From Xylographa opegraphella (Eukaryota): DNA of 64,000 nucleotides. Both the position numbers and the translations under genes were made by a program. The stretch lies in assembly GCA_022813865.1 (NCBI GenBank), contig JALDZX010000048.1, forward strand, positions 62,001-126,000. The letters are read 5' to 3'. A model generated the notes under the pieces. It saw only the letters and a list, made by a program, of their open reading frames with translations, did no database searches and was not told the origin of the DNA. This document shows positions 28,923 through 42,434 of this stretch, piece after piece; positions within the stretch are counted from its first letter, which is position 1, and each line of letters opens with the position of its first letter.

Positions 28923-29528
28923 ATGGTAAGCTCTACTTAAAAGCGGTTTTACTGGTCTAATCTGGGTGCTCAGGCTCCTACAGTGAAGAAGCGAACACCC
29001 AGTCATGCACGGGTGTCGAGACCCGCTCCTAAACGTCCTTCTCATTCTACCACCAGTTATCCCAGCAATGATGACATTTTCAAGTCCACGAAAGAGGACA
29101 AGCGCCGGATCAAACACTCGACATTGATCTCCAAGATCGAGAAAGCCAATACTCAAGTCAAGAAGCGACGGCGGCCATCGAAGAAACTCATTGCCAACCT
29201 TGAGTCTTTAGTGGACGCATTACCCGAAGCCGGCAACACAGGCCCAGACGAAGTCGTCGTTGGTGATGCAAGAATACGACATCGAAGCCTCAAAAGTAAG
29301 CCGGGCGTCTTGAAGAAGAAGGACAAGCTGGAAAAGCTAGAGATGGAGAGGTTTGGCAAGAACATGGCCCAAATGGCTCACGTCACTGGAGATGGGAACG
29401 GGCATGGCTTGCAAGCCGATGTCGTAGTAGTGAAAGGTAGGGCTACTGGTGGATCTCAGAGGTGGGCAGCGCTGCGAGGCTTCATTCAGTCAACGATGGA
29501 CCGGGACGTTACCGGAAAGGCCAACTGA
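28923..29528 (+). CDS. Ribosome biogenesis protein, Slx9 family
   Basis: ATG-only first coding exon (ATG|gtaag) joins APTVKKR. Basic protein with KRRRPSKKLIANLESLVDALP, EMERFGKNMAQM and RWAALRGFIQSTM. Confidence 0.75.
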
Positions 29529-30625
29529 GACGGGTGTCGACGGAGCTGCGGTCACCTGGCTCTCGATATGTGATGTGATTCGAAGCCTTTGACAAATCTT
29601 TTCACCAATGTTGAGTCACCTCTTCGAGAGGAGGGACATTTGGTTCCTTATCGGGAGACATAGCCACGGCCTCTGTGTCGGGAACGGCCGAAGACAATCT
29701 TTATTACCGCCTAGACTTCACTGGCGCAGGGAGAGTTTACGCCCTGGCGGATACAGCGCCTCAAGGCAGACTTCGTCGTGGATCACGTTGGGGCGGTGTG
29801 GCTTTCGTGAGAAAATTTCGCCATTGATTGTATCATTCAACTGGCTTGATCGCTCCACTGACCCGGTGGTTGCGGTGAATGGGTGAACATGCGATGCAGA
29901 GTCTCGAGCTTGGGACACAGTTGCGGTTAATGAGGACTGGCACACTGCTGTGCCTCTGTACTGCTGCTCGCTTACATTAACTCATTCAGTGATAGCGCAG
30001 CTTTGCCACAAGGAGAGGCAGCGTGGGCGATCTGCAGTAATTCGAACGTCAAACTCTCGAACATGAACCTTACTCCAGATACTAACCTTCAGCATGCTCC
30101 GGTAAACAGCTCTCGGATGGCGGGCGTGAGTTCACGCATCCGCAAAATCTAGGGCTCCAATTTGCCTGATTCAGGCACTGTTCGCCTGACCCCTCTCAAG
30201 GACCTCAGCCTTCGATGCTCCGCCTAGAGAAAGACGTTGCGCTTCCCGGGCCTTGGCTGCTGTTACCGCAACTCAATTCAGTACGCATGTACATGCCTCA
30301 CAGTTAGTATTGGCGATGTGTTGTCAAAATGGTCTTCCCCTTGCACTACAAGAACATTCGATTATATAAGAATATGAAGACCGATTTCTTTCTCTCTCCT
30401 TCTGGCTCGTGATCTGTGAGCTCCTTTTACAAGAAGAGGCTGCACAGGAATAACTGTTCATAAACAAGCCATTCTGTAGTGGTCGATATCGATATCGTCC
30501 ATCGTTTCCATGCAGCCTACGTGCTCAAAGAACAAACGCTTTAGCCACATCTTGCCTCCAGTTCGCCACCGTTACGCTTCCGGGACGAGCCCGGAGCGAA
30601 ACGGCTAACATTCATTGTACCAGGC

Positions 30626-31431
30626 ATGAATGTCTTTCCGCAACGGAGCCAAGATGGCACATCTACTCCAAGGACTCCACAAGGGACTTCAGCAGCTTCA
30701 ACCAGGGCCTCAACTATTCATGAGCAGGTTACTAGCTCATCATTAGATTCTAGCGGTGTGGCTCCTGTCAGACAACCTGTGGGGCCTCCCGAACAGACAG
30801 ACGATAGGGGTGACGGAGCCACTCCAACAGAGCCAAGAATCTACAGTGCCCCGTCCGGCTCGCCGGTCTTCAATGGTTTTGATCTTTATAGCACAAACGG
30901 CGCTGTACCCGTTGCCAGAGAAGGTATGTGTACAAGCCGCTTGAATCATAAACAACCCTGACATACACAGGTCGTCTTGTGGATGGATTCAGCAACCATG
31001 ATCAGTCTCCTGAAAGTGTAAGAGCGTCTGGGGAGCATGATACTTCTCCGCAACAAACACCTCCGGCGCCAAGCGCAACACCGGCCAATACTTCTGCCAG
31101 AGATAGCCAAGCAGTCGGGACACCATCGAGCCTGCCAGAGTCTTCCCTTGAAAGCTCCGGCTTCCCTCGGACTCCCAACGCACAGTCTACAGTGACAGAC
31201 TCTCAGACCGGTCAGCTGGCAGTATCACAGCCAATCCGGGATCAACGGCGTCGCCGCCGCTTTGTCGACTGGCTCAGACGGCACAGGTCCCATCGTCATG
31301 GACCCTGGGTTCCATTCATTCGCCGCAACTGGAACGCTGTGTCGGATGCTATAAGAGAAGTAGAGAGGCGCGGCTTCGGATCTTCTCGGGGGGCTGAACC
31401 TGATCCGGTACTAGTCATGGATCAAGAGTGA
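30626..31431 (+). CDS. Orphan S/T/P-rich disordered protein (at least 2 exons; 5' end uncertain)
   Basis: ORFs 30626 and 30979 join in frame through a canonical intron (gtatgt at about 30924; ctgac...acag at about 30970). Basic patch RRRRRF near the C-terminus. An additional acceptor lies just before 30626. Confidence 0.5.
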
Positions 31432-32529
31432 GCAAGGGAAGACTTGAGAAAGAGATGCTCGATATGTGGGTTGTTAGCATTCGATCATGTGGTGCGAGAA
31501 ACCTTGGTCGCTGTTCAACGGTGTCTCTCTACCCTCTTCGGATTGCCCTGTTCGGGTGTGTGGTTTTTGGTCTCACAATACCCAGTGCAGGTTGGCTCAT
31601 TCATTTTTTAGACTCGTTTTGATTGGGGATATGGGATTACGATAGAGTAGACAACAGAAGACAGACATCAGTGCGAATGCTCCGTCAAAAACTCTCCGAG
31701 CACACCGAGCAGCGCATCTTCATCCTTTTTCCGTTTCATGTATTATCAGCCAGCTAGCAAGCGCAGCATTCCTTTCTTGCACGACGTTCTCTTCTCGTTA
31801 GTGTCTTCATACATCTATTTACAACGACTGTGTATTTTAGAAAGTACTTTCTCAACAATTTTTAGTGTCGTGCAAACTACGGTATCTTATGCTTCCCCAC
31901 GCACGCCGACTTATGAAGCCGGTACAGCACTTCACTGTAAAGTAGCAGGCTGCGCATTTAGTAGTCAGCTCGACACCTACCCATCCCGGCTCCAACCCTT
32001 CTCTATCGAGCATATCCCGCATCACACGGAGTTACATCCTCCCTGCCGTGCTCACGGTCGCTACTCTTCTCGGGAGATTGGCGCCGGGGGGGTGAGGGTG
32101 AGCCGTTACGCTTTAATTGATAGTACTAGTTACTATACGTTAAGTAGGCGGGATACGTTCCCCTTAGTAGAGGCTGGGCTTGAGGGGAGGAGGTGGGGGG
32201 GTGTGGGTGCGTTGAGGTAGACTGGGGTTGATACACTCGGTGGGTAAGTGTGTTTTGGACTTTGGAGAGGAAGAGGGCGGGAGCGAGAGAGGGGGGGGAA
32301 GTACTGACAGATAGGTATGCACTGGGGATGAAAGTATCAGATGGTGGATTTATAGTGGTGAGAATAAATTAAAGACGTTAAGGTTGTGCACGAATGAATA
32401 GGACTTGGGATTTATTTTCTTCGGCAGGATGATTTGAAGTATCGCTTTTCAGATCTGGATGAGGGAAGATCGAAATTCAATATGTTGAGATCGGGAAATA
32501 GCTATGTCACAATAAGTCATAACATGGAC

Positions 32530-32545
32530 TATATATATATATATA
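32530..32545. repeat. (TA)n microsatellite
   Basis: Run tatatatatatatata, followed by the inverted repeat acgtccc-agc-gggacgt. Confidence 0.85.
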
Positions 32546-33718
32546 CATATTAACGTCCCAGCGGGACGTAAAATCTCAATGATTCCCATCAATCTTTTCT
32601 TCGTTCTTCTTCTTCATCCTTCCCTTTGCCCATCAAGCCCCAAACACATCCATCGTACACCCATTCGTCCGTCCCAACCAAGGCACACAACCCCTCAATC
32701 TCTCTCGATTTCCATCGCCGTGTGTCCCCGTCGCGTGTCCGACTCGAAGCCACGTGTTTTTGGCAAATTGGAAGCGGAGCCGTGCTGGAGAGCTCCTGCA
32801 ATACATTCAAGGGGTTTGGAATACCGTCGACTTGGAAGAGAAGGTTGTGTTGTGGCTGGGCGAATTCATATATTGTTTTGTATAATGAGCGATGATCTGC
32901 TTACTTCACCCTTCCGCAAACAAACTTGGTGGTAATGCCGACACAGGTTTCGCCTTCACCTTAACATTCTCTGTGAACGCAAATATTACAGAAGATGCCC
33001 ACATGGGGATTGCACGAGAGCCCTTGGACTAGAAACAGCTTTGTAGTCGCGATCTAAAGATCGATGGGTTAGTCGATAGTAGTAGTGTACCTAACGATTG
33101 GGAAACTTACATTTGGAGACAAGAAGTACATTTTAGGTATACTGACTATTAACAAGCGCAACGTAACATGGCACACAACTGAGATACCGCATCCAGGTAT
33201 GATGCCCTTATGGGAGACGTTTCACATAATTTTGTCTCTTGCTTTAACTGTACTCTGAACTGGTCAAGAGTCATACTTGGATGGCTGCCATAAACATGGG
33301 CGGTCGACGTCTGTCATAATTGTCCACGTTCAGCTTAGCAAGACAGCATTCTCGGCAATGGGCCCCCGATAGCGGCGACGTGATTTGTCAACAGGGCAGC
33401 TTAGACGCAGCTTTGTTCAAGCTCCGTTGTTCGAAAAGATTGTACAGTCCCTGGATCGTCTCATTTTCGTGGCCACGTCTGTCAGCGAGTCGGGAACGGC
33501 AGGCGCTTATGGCATGGATTGTCTACGCGGTGGCTGCACGGCGAGGGCTTCGGAACTGTACACTCTAACAACGTTTGGTATTGAATCCAGGAGATGAATG
33601 CAGCTCCGAGCTTCGTTCTTCGACAATGTGGCCATTAATATCCCGGATGATGAGCTAAATACGGTCGACTTCCTTTCGTCTGAATTTGACTCAGAAACCA
33701 ATGAAGGATCCTTGACTT

Positions 33719-36408
33719 TCACGAATTCTTACGACGGTGAAACGACCATTTGGACCGCGATGTCTTGGAGGACTCGGATTCCCCGGCCGATGTGGGCAAT
33801 TTGCTGATCGGAATACTTTCATCGGTCACAATCTTTCCCAGACCGACTTTCCATTGCTTTAGGATTCTGACAATTCCAGGAGCTTGGAGGTGCCTGGCTG
33901 CCGCAAGCGCATCTTGGTCTTTGTCATTCTTGGCATTGATATCAGCCCCAAGCTCCAGCAACAGTTTTACGATTTCTGACCGACCAAGTCGTGTGTCTTC
34001 GATGGCAAGATGCAGTGGCGTGCGGCTGATACTGTCTTGCAACTCCAAGTTCGCCTCGTACTCCGACACCAAAAGTCGAATCATGGCCACGTTACGCTGC
34101 TCCGTAGCAATGTGTAAAGGACTTTGCCCGAAGTCACAGATTGCGTTGACTGCCGCACCATGTTCGAGAAGCAATCTTGCCGCTTTCTCCCGACCGAGAT
34201 TGTGCGCCGCTTGATGCAGGGCCGTCCAGCCAGATTCATCTGTGGCAGCAGTGCTGGCACCCTTTTCCAGGAGCACCTTGGTGACCGAGTCATGATGATC
34301 TTTAACAGCTAGCATCAGAGCTGTCAGCTCGCTAGGACCTCTTGCATTTATATCAGCCCCTTCCTCGATCAGTAATGACACGATATAGTCGCGCCCCGAG
34401 TTAGCAGCTCTGAAAAGCGGTGACCAGACGAATTCGACATCGTGAGAAGTCAAGCTATGAGATTCATCCCGACCTGGAGTGACAGAATCAGGATGCACGT
34501 AGTCCCGAGGTGCTTTGATGTTGACGTTGGCATTTCGGTGAAGTAGTAATTTGACCATTCGTAGATCTCCAGAGTGTACAGCCTCATGTAGCGGTGTCCG
34601 ACCTCGAGCCATCGCATCAACCAAAGCTCCATTATCTAGCAGTAGGTTTACAGACATCTCGTTCCCAGTAATTACGGCGCGTATCAGTGGTGTGTCCCTG
34701 TTAGCACACCTACTTTCGACATTGGCGCCCTTCTGCAGCAGGTTCTTCACGATATCGTCTTGCCGAGAAGATACGGCTAGGATCAGAGGAGTTATACCCG
34801 ATTGATTCATCTTCTCGACATCCAGAGGGTCGAACTTATACCTGAGAAGCCATTCTTCAAGATGATCAATGACGGGACTAGATTCGTTGACAGCAGTAGA
34901 GAGCTCGGAATTGTCGATCGCGTCGGTCGCGGGCAGGTACAGTTTTTTCAAAGCTGCAGCTAGCCTGAAGTCGCCCTTCTGTTCGTAGATCCCGATCAAA
35001 AGGGCGACAGACTCAATCGTCAAAGCATTTCCCACATCGAGGGACTTTTTTCGTCCATCCCAAGCTCTTTCGGCATACTTTGCAGCTTCTTTTAACCTTC
35101 CCTCTTGCTGGTAATTGAGACCAAGCGAGTGACACAGCCTCCACTTTGTGTCCGGGTCAACTCCTTCGTCTTTTAAAAGCCGTTTATAGATGCCATTGGC
35201 TTCGTGGAATTTACTCTGCTTGAAATGGATTCCGGCAAGTGTCTCGAGCAGTTGCGCTTGATTGTCAATCGGTACCTTGAATCTCTCTTCCCTCTTTTGT
35301 AGTAGTTGCATCAGTTCGAGCTGAGACTTTTCGGCCTTGGAAAAATCCCCAGTACTCATTTCCTGCAGTATGTCTTTTTCAAGATCTCCGATGACATGGT
35401 CAATAACTTCTCGAACAGAGTATGCCGTATCAGGTTCGGTATCTGCACTGGACTCGGCATCGGAGTCATAACTCGTATGATCCAACGTGCTTGATCCCTC
35501 CCGCTCTAGATCGGCGTTTCCGGTAATTCCATGGATAGTCTCCGCTGGGCTGTGGGTTATGTCTCTGCTCCATTCCTCGATGTGCAAGGCTTTGTCATTT
35601 GGCAGGCGACCGGCAAGAGATTGATCATCGGGCTCGTACATAGTACTGGTCTCAGCAACGGTCTCGGCGGATTGCAGGCAATCCAGGCACTTCCTCATAT
35701 CGAATAGTGCTGTGGCTTTCTCGAGGATCTTGTCGTCCTCGGGGGACGACTTGGCCGAGCCTTCGGTGACAGGATCCAATGCGCGTTGCTTCTCACGAAA
35801 GGATTGCTTCATAGCCCGGATATCCTTTTGTATGGCCCCAAGTTGCACTTGAATGTCAATCTGTGACGCCTGTGTCTTACATTGTGCAACACTAGGTTAA
35901 GTCGTCAGCTTCTCGTAGTCGCATAAGCATGAGGATGAGGATGAGCGACAACTTACAGGTTGATGGTCTGCAGAGACACATGCAATGTCTGCTTGTAAAA
36001 GCTGATATGTGCTCGCAGCGCTGAGATGGCCGGAAGCTTCAGGTCAAGCCTCACCTGAGTGAGTTGTCTCCTGGCAAAGGCCGCCCGGTTCGCTTTGTCC
36101 ACCTTGCAGAGCATTTCGTGGAGCTGGAGCAAGGTACCCCGGCATCTCTGACGCAGTATCCCGATGTAACTCCAGTGCTCGTGTTCCAAGTCTGTCAGTT
36201 GATTTCCCTCTTTAAGACTCAGCTCGGCCTTCTCGATCATGTTCAAGGTTGAGCTTAAAGTAACGATCTCGTTGTGAAAGTCGTCCAGAGTGCTGTCCAC
36301 ATTCTTCGAGTCCGCGATGAATCGAGCGACTGCCTGAACCGTGTTGGCACAGGTGGTAGCGAGCTGTGTGACCGAGGCGACGGCGCCGATGATTGTTAAG
36401 GGGTCCAT
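33719..36408 (-). CDS. Fungal N-terminal HeLo-like/SesA-type domain + TPR repeats + multiple ankyrin repeats
   Basis: Exon 1 MDPLTIIGAVASVTQLATTC is a typical fungal STAND N-terminal helical domain. TPR-like segments (LAGIHFKQSKFHEA, LGLNYQQEGRLKEA) precede many TPLHxA ankyrin units. No Walker A motif was seen. Confidence 0.85.
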
Positions 36409-37079
36409 GGTGACCAGTAGATGAGGCCAAATCGACCCATACTAGGAGCGATGGTGAAGAGGAAGATGCTGGTGCGACAACAGGCTCCAGGCCACTGTTA
36501 TGTGAGGGTGTTGTGAGGCGAGGGGATTCGTGCGACAGATCGAGGAAAAGCAAGGCGAAAGCTGCCAAGAGAGCATTGTTTTACATTGGGCAAACGTGCC
36601 GCTGTCTCCAGAGAGCAGCTGACAGCATTGGCTGCGCCTTCTGCTGCGTGAAGCGGGAACGCCACGTGGAAGTGTGTCAAGCTCTCGGTTGACTCAAAAG
36701 TATGCCAGATCAGTCTCTATAGATATCCCAGACATTGCCCGGTAAGGTAAACCCAGATCCACACCGTGAGTCTTATCGCGTCTAAAAGGCATCGCCTCAC
36801 GATGGGTATATTGTGGCAAGCTCAACTACGCGGCGTGTCGGGCTGACAGGATTCAGGCTGGGGTGCGTCCATGCCACTCGGAAGTTGGCCCCCTGGCTTC
36901 ATCCTGGACTCAGATGCTGGATCCGGCAAGAGGCTTGTACACTGTTTTCAGAGGAGTCGTATAACTGCTCTGAACCCGTGTTTTGGTATGGGCACGGAAT
37001 GGGATACATATGTCTACGAGAGCCTTGAGCACAGGACGAAAGGATTGATGACGATTTATTAACATTATCTTCTCGTTAT

Positions 37080-39590
37080 TTACTCAAACTTGTAGAGCGG
37101 CTCCAACTCGACATCCCTTCGCATGATGTAACGCCGGTATAGATATGGAAGATATGTAGCTGTCTGATAGTGCATATGTTGTCGGGTGGGAACAGCGACT
37201 GATGAGGCATTAGCATTGTGCTCCTGACAGGCCAGTGGGAATTCTCACATATCGAATTGAGCTCTTCCAATGTACGTTGCTTGGTTTCTGGGACCCAGAG
37301 AAATATCATCACGAAAGCGATCACGTTGAGGGCCCTGTGACCGAGTGAATGCTCAGTACACCGTTCTGCGCCAATGATTTCAGATTGGAGGACAACATAC
37401 GCGAAGAAAGCCACTGCGCCAGTTGCCGTAAACGCATCGGTCATACGTGGGAAGACTACGGTCAGGATGCCAGCCCAAAACAGGTTCACGGCGACGGCAA
37501 ACCCCATGCCCACCTCTGGATACACGTCAGAGAGAAATGAGCAACTCTCACATATCAGAGAGCTTACCGCGGTGGAAAAGAGGAAATGCTTCCGCGGAGT
37601 AGGTGAAAGGGACGGGCCCTTCACCAGGCGAATAAATGGCTGCGAATATAAATATGAACGTCGTGGTTAGGCCCAGATGGGCCGCTGTTGGCCCAATCAA
37701 GAAGCAGCACGCAGCAACCAGAAGCGTGATGGCCATAAGAGGGAAAGTCAGCAACAGCAACGATCGACGACCGTATGGGTCGATGTATCGGACTGCGGGC
37801 CAAGCGAAACTTCCAGAGACTCAGCTCCTACTTGACTTTGTGGATGACAGCACAGCACTCACAGAAAATTGAGTACACCAAAGCCCCAGGAGACGAGAAG
37901 GGCGGTCTCGATATTAGCAGGACTGGCATTACTAGGATCTGCACCGAGATATAGAGTCGACGAGTAGAAGACGACGATATTAACTTTGTCACAGGTCAGC
38001 TTGATTGAGAGGAATGAAGGTCGTACAACTCACTACCGCACATCTGTTGGGCTAACATTACTACGAAGCTCGCAAGAGTTGCGCGTCGAATTCTAGGGAC
38101 GAAAAAGAGTTCTTGTAGCCGTGTGATGAATTTGCTACTCTTATCTTCTCCACTACTCAGCATGTTCCCATCAAGTCGTGCCTGCGCATGTATATAGTAA
38201 AGATCCCGTGCAGCTTGGAGACGCGTGTTTCGAAGTGAGCAGAGAGCCTTGAAAGCATCGTGGTAGCGGTTTTTCTTAATGTACCAACGTGGCGATTCTA
38301 TCAAGCGATGAGTCGCACGCTTGGAAGTATACCTTGGGGACCTACCTGGACAGAAATATAGTCCAATGAATAATGGAATCACAGGAATGAATGCGGAGCC
38401 GATCTGCAATCTCCAAGCGATATTTTCACCGGTTTGAAATATCGCGAGGTTTGCACTAAACCCTCTTATCCCGAACCATCAGTGAACGTCACTAAAGGTT
38501 GTGGACCCTGTCCTTACAAAAGTATACCAAAGGCCACCCAGATCTGCCATCCCATTACCAAACCTCCTCTTATATACGCTGGTGCCGTCTCGGCTGCATA
38601 GATTGGAACAGTAGAAGCTTTCACCCCCATACCGAGACCGAGGAATATACGACAAGCAAGTAGCTGTTGCCAGGTCTGCGTGAAAGCAGAGCCAAGCACG
38701 AATGCAAACGTGATTACCGCGGCGAAAAGGATCGCACCTCGACGTCCGAAGCGATAATTCAGCGGATAAGACAGCCAGCAACCTCTAGAGAAGGCGAATA
38801 TCAGCAAGATAATAGCACCAAGGGCAGAAGCCATACACCAGGGCAGACGCAAGATATGGCGCTGCGTTCACAATGCCCAAAATCCAAACGTAGCTTTCGA
38901 GGTTATTTGGCCTTCCATCGCTATTCAAGAGACCCAGCGCTTTCGGCCAGGCAAGGTTGGCACCATTAGTGCCAGTTTGAACCCATCCTCTGGCACAATG
39001 ATATCAATCAGCCTTTGACGACAAGGTGGAGCGCGCAGATGAGGACTGACTGTACAATAGCGCCAACCGAGCATGTCATAATCGTAATCCATAGCCCTCT
39101 TGGCTGTTCGAAACGGTGCCGGGTCTCATCGCGCAATGCGTCTTTTTCTTCTTCCACCAGTCCAGTGACGCGGTCGAAGTATTGGGGATCCCTGGCTATC
39201 TTTGCGGCCCGTTTGAAGAGCTCGAGGTCATCCAACCGCTTGCTACGTACGAAGTCTTCAACGTCGGCCATCAGACCATCGGGCGTGAATTCGTGTAACG
39301 GGTTTTCTATCCTATAAACACACGAGAGCGGTAACTGTTAGAAAAGGGCATCTTGCAAAATTCGAAAGCCGGATGCTGAGGACGTACAGTGCTTGGACAT
39401 TGCGATTAAGGTCGACCTTCACGGGAGCCTCTTCAATTTGATTGCTTCCCTAACACAGTGCCATACTTGGTCAGCCCGGCTTGAATCTAATGCTAACATC
39501 TACGGGTGGACGCAACCAACCACTTACTCGATTAGCTGAGATGAGAGATATGTCCGACATTTTGTGAGCATCACGATTCTCCGATTCCAT
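37080..39590 (-). CDS. MFS sugar porter (myo-inositol/polyol transporter-like), many introns
   Basis: [64 protein letters not shown] and [11 protein letters not shown]. Confidence 0.92.
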
Positions 39591-40914
39591 GATGTGACAA
39601 AATATACTCCAGACATGTAGATATGTTACAGAGGCGCGACTAAAGCTTTACAGCAATGAAAAGCACCCACGCTCTACGTTTGAGAGAGCGCAAGGGGCAG
39701 CGTGGCTCCCACGATAAACGAATATCGACACGGCGGCGCAAAAATGCGGAAAGAAAGAAGGTGGTAGGATGAAGCCAGCCGTCTCAAGTTCAAGCTGACC
39801 CTTTGCCTCTTGAAGTTTCACCAAAATCAGCCTCGTGTAGGGAACGTGCATGAACCGGAGGGCAGTGGATTGGGCGCAGCACACGTGATTACACATGGTC
39901 TGCATCGATCTCCGCCTCGAGGATCTGCAGCGTACAGATTGATCTCTGGACGCTTGAAGCAATGCGGTGAAGAAAGCACGAGCACGAGCACAACCAGAAG
40001 CGGTTCACGATTTTCAGACTCATCTCCCAGCGGCAGTGTACCGTCATTAGGCTCGTCACAGAACTGGCCATACTTGAGCCGAGCATGAACTGATAAGCGT
40101 CACGAGGCAGCAGGATTACCTGACTGACTCGCGGCCAGCTGCTGCGCCAGATCGATTCACGGTGTCGCACCGAGTTGCGACAAAGAAATTGATGTACATA
40201 GTACCTGCTTGGCCGGCTGAAAGACGGGGGTGGGAGAAAATGCCTCAAGGATGCTAGCCTGGTCTCGGATCAATCTTAACCCGGCGCCGTGCTTCTCAAA
40301 CAAGGCGACCAATGACGACCGGGGACGCAGATCGCCAACTACCAAAGTACTTGCTCTTTGTTATTACCTCCGTGACGAGTACTGCTCCGTAACAGTATGC
40401 ATTCCGGAAGGTTCCAAGAAGCCATCCACATGCGAGGGAATCGTCAATTCCAATTCTCGTTCGTAAACTGTGCTTTTGATTGAACGTTGAGCCTCGAGAG
40501 GGTCGATTCAAGGGGCATAAAGTCGACGGTAATAAGCACGAATCCTGGCGGCACCGCGTGAAACCGGATCGCACATCTGTTTGATCATTGGATACATCCA
40601 GCTCTTGCGTTTCATTCGATCTCCGGTCGTCTTTTGTTCCTCTCAGGCATAAATCACCAGTCGTCTTGGCCAGCAGAACATCCCTGAGGGGTGAGAGATC
40701 AGTACAGCTGTCTGGACGGAGCTAAATGACAACCTTGATCCAGAGGTCGCTACTCCGTATGGTGGACTTTGGCTCTGCCTCGGTGAGAATCTTGGTTATG
40801 CGTGATCTGCAGACCCCGCCTCGTGGCTGACACGAGCGTGCAGCCATTATTACTGCAAGCCCGCACATCATCCGGCACAGACATGCACGATTTCGAAGTA
40901 TTAGCAGTCGCCGT

Positions 40915-42090
40915 TCAATGATAATCCGTACTACTGATTAGGCCCTGCCACTCATCGCGTAGCCTCGACGTCTCCGCACACTCCTTCCGAATACCCTCTA
41001 ACATATCCCTACCAGGTGTGCCTCTCCCTGGCATGTGCTACGACAACATCGATGGTCAGCTCGAACCCCTTTCGGGATCCGCCAGGCTGGCATCCAGTAT
41101 CCTCCTCGCAGATCGTTAAATATTGGTTGGATGGAGCGGAATAGTCTCTAGTTGTGGTAGGATTAGGCTCCATACTCGTCGACCGACTGTCTGGAAGTTA
41201 ACCGACTCGACGAGGAGGGTGGCGACGCCGAGAGAACCGAACGGAGACTTGAGATGTCCCCTATATGAACGCATACATCAACAATGAGGTCTCGTTGTAG
41301 AGGCAAAAAAGCAGATCAAGTTTCATACTGCCTGGGACGAATGCAGGGCCTTGCAGACCTTCCAATGCAGATTCAGTAGCCAGGTAGGGCCCGCAGCCCT
41401 CAGTAGCAGCCCAGCCGGCCAGGGAGTCAATGAAGACAAGAAGAAAAGAGCCCCAGGATGTTTTCGCCGCAATGAGGCAGGATAACGCATGTGAGCTTGA
41501 TGCGCCGACAAGGTTGTTGTTGCATTGCTCCGTAAGACGTTCGTGACGATGAAAATCTGGTGCGCCGCTATACTTGTAGTAGAAGATCAAGGCAGTAAAT
41601 TCTGATTTCGAAATCGAAGCTGCCGGAAGCATACAGAAGCAGTCTGAGTCTTCGATAAATGAAGATGATGGCGGAGCCCACCTAATGTCTGCCGCCAGAG
41701 CTCCACGGATCCAACGTTGCTCACCAATGCAACCATCCCTGTATAAATGGACAGAGCCTCTCTCGTCTTGACATCGCGCTCTTCCTACGAATCTGTGATA
41801 TCACAATCGAGTATTGGTACTCCCGCTTCTGTGAAGTGCTTTAAACGTTTATTGACTATCCGTGCAGTTAGTTGCAATGTGCAAGAACTGCGTTGAGGAA
41901 GGAATACTGGAAAGGCACGGATTACTAGCCTAATCCATTGTAGATTAATGCCCCTCTCGAGTCTCGGACTTCTAGAATCTTCACTGTAGAGATACATCAC
42001 ATCACCCAGTCCAACGTGAACGAAATGATTGGCGAAGCTAGAGCAGCAGCCCAAGCTCCCAAGGTGAGCTTCGGTTTACGAATCTTCAAC
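40915..42090 (-). pseudogene. Decayed short-chain dehydrogenase/reductase (SDR)
   Basis: Collinear SDR fragments broken by stops and frameshifts: GCCSSF (TGxxxG relic), LKHFTEAGVPILDCDITDS*, EALSIY..LVSNVG (NNAG relic), DSLAGW..GCGPYLATESALEG (YxxxK changed to YxxxE), QPG, and ECAETSRLRDEWQGLISSTDYH*. Boundaries are approximate. Confidence 0.75.
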
Positions 42091-42434
42091 GAAGAGGTTC
42101 TCAGACGGATACAAAGCTATAGCGAAGAAGTATACCCATCGATCACGCTGGTCGGATTCTGGCTTAGCAGTCTGACTTGATGTATTGGCATTTACACATG
42201 TTGCACGTGCAAATTTTCCAAAACAGACATCATCGAAAGATGAAAGCCGATGGAATTATTTCAGGATGTCTCATCATGTTCTTTCACTAGAAGCTGTCAC
42301 GATGGATGCTTCAGTTAGTCAAGCATGGAGACACATACGGTCTAAGATATCCAGGATCGGGAAACAGGAGTCTAACTTAACTCGAAAAGTCCTGTTCAGC
42401 AATCTTCGTAGCTACGTACAAAGTACTATACTAG

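Noticed and set aside
39900..40800. Possible second pseudogene next to the SDR relic
   Set aside because: No coherent family motif in any frame.
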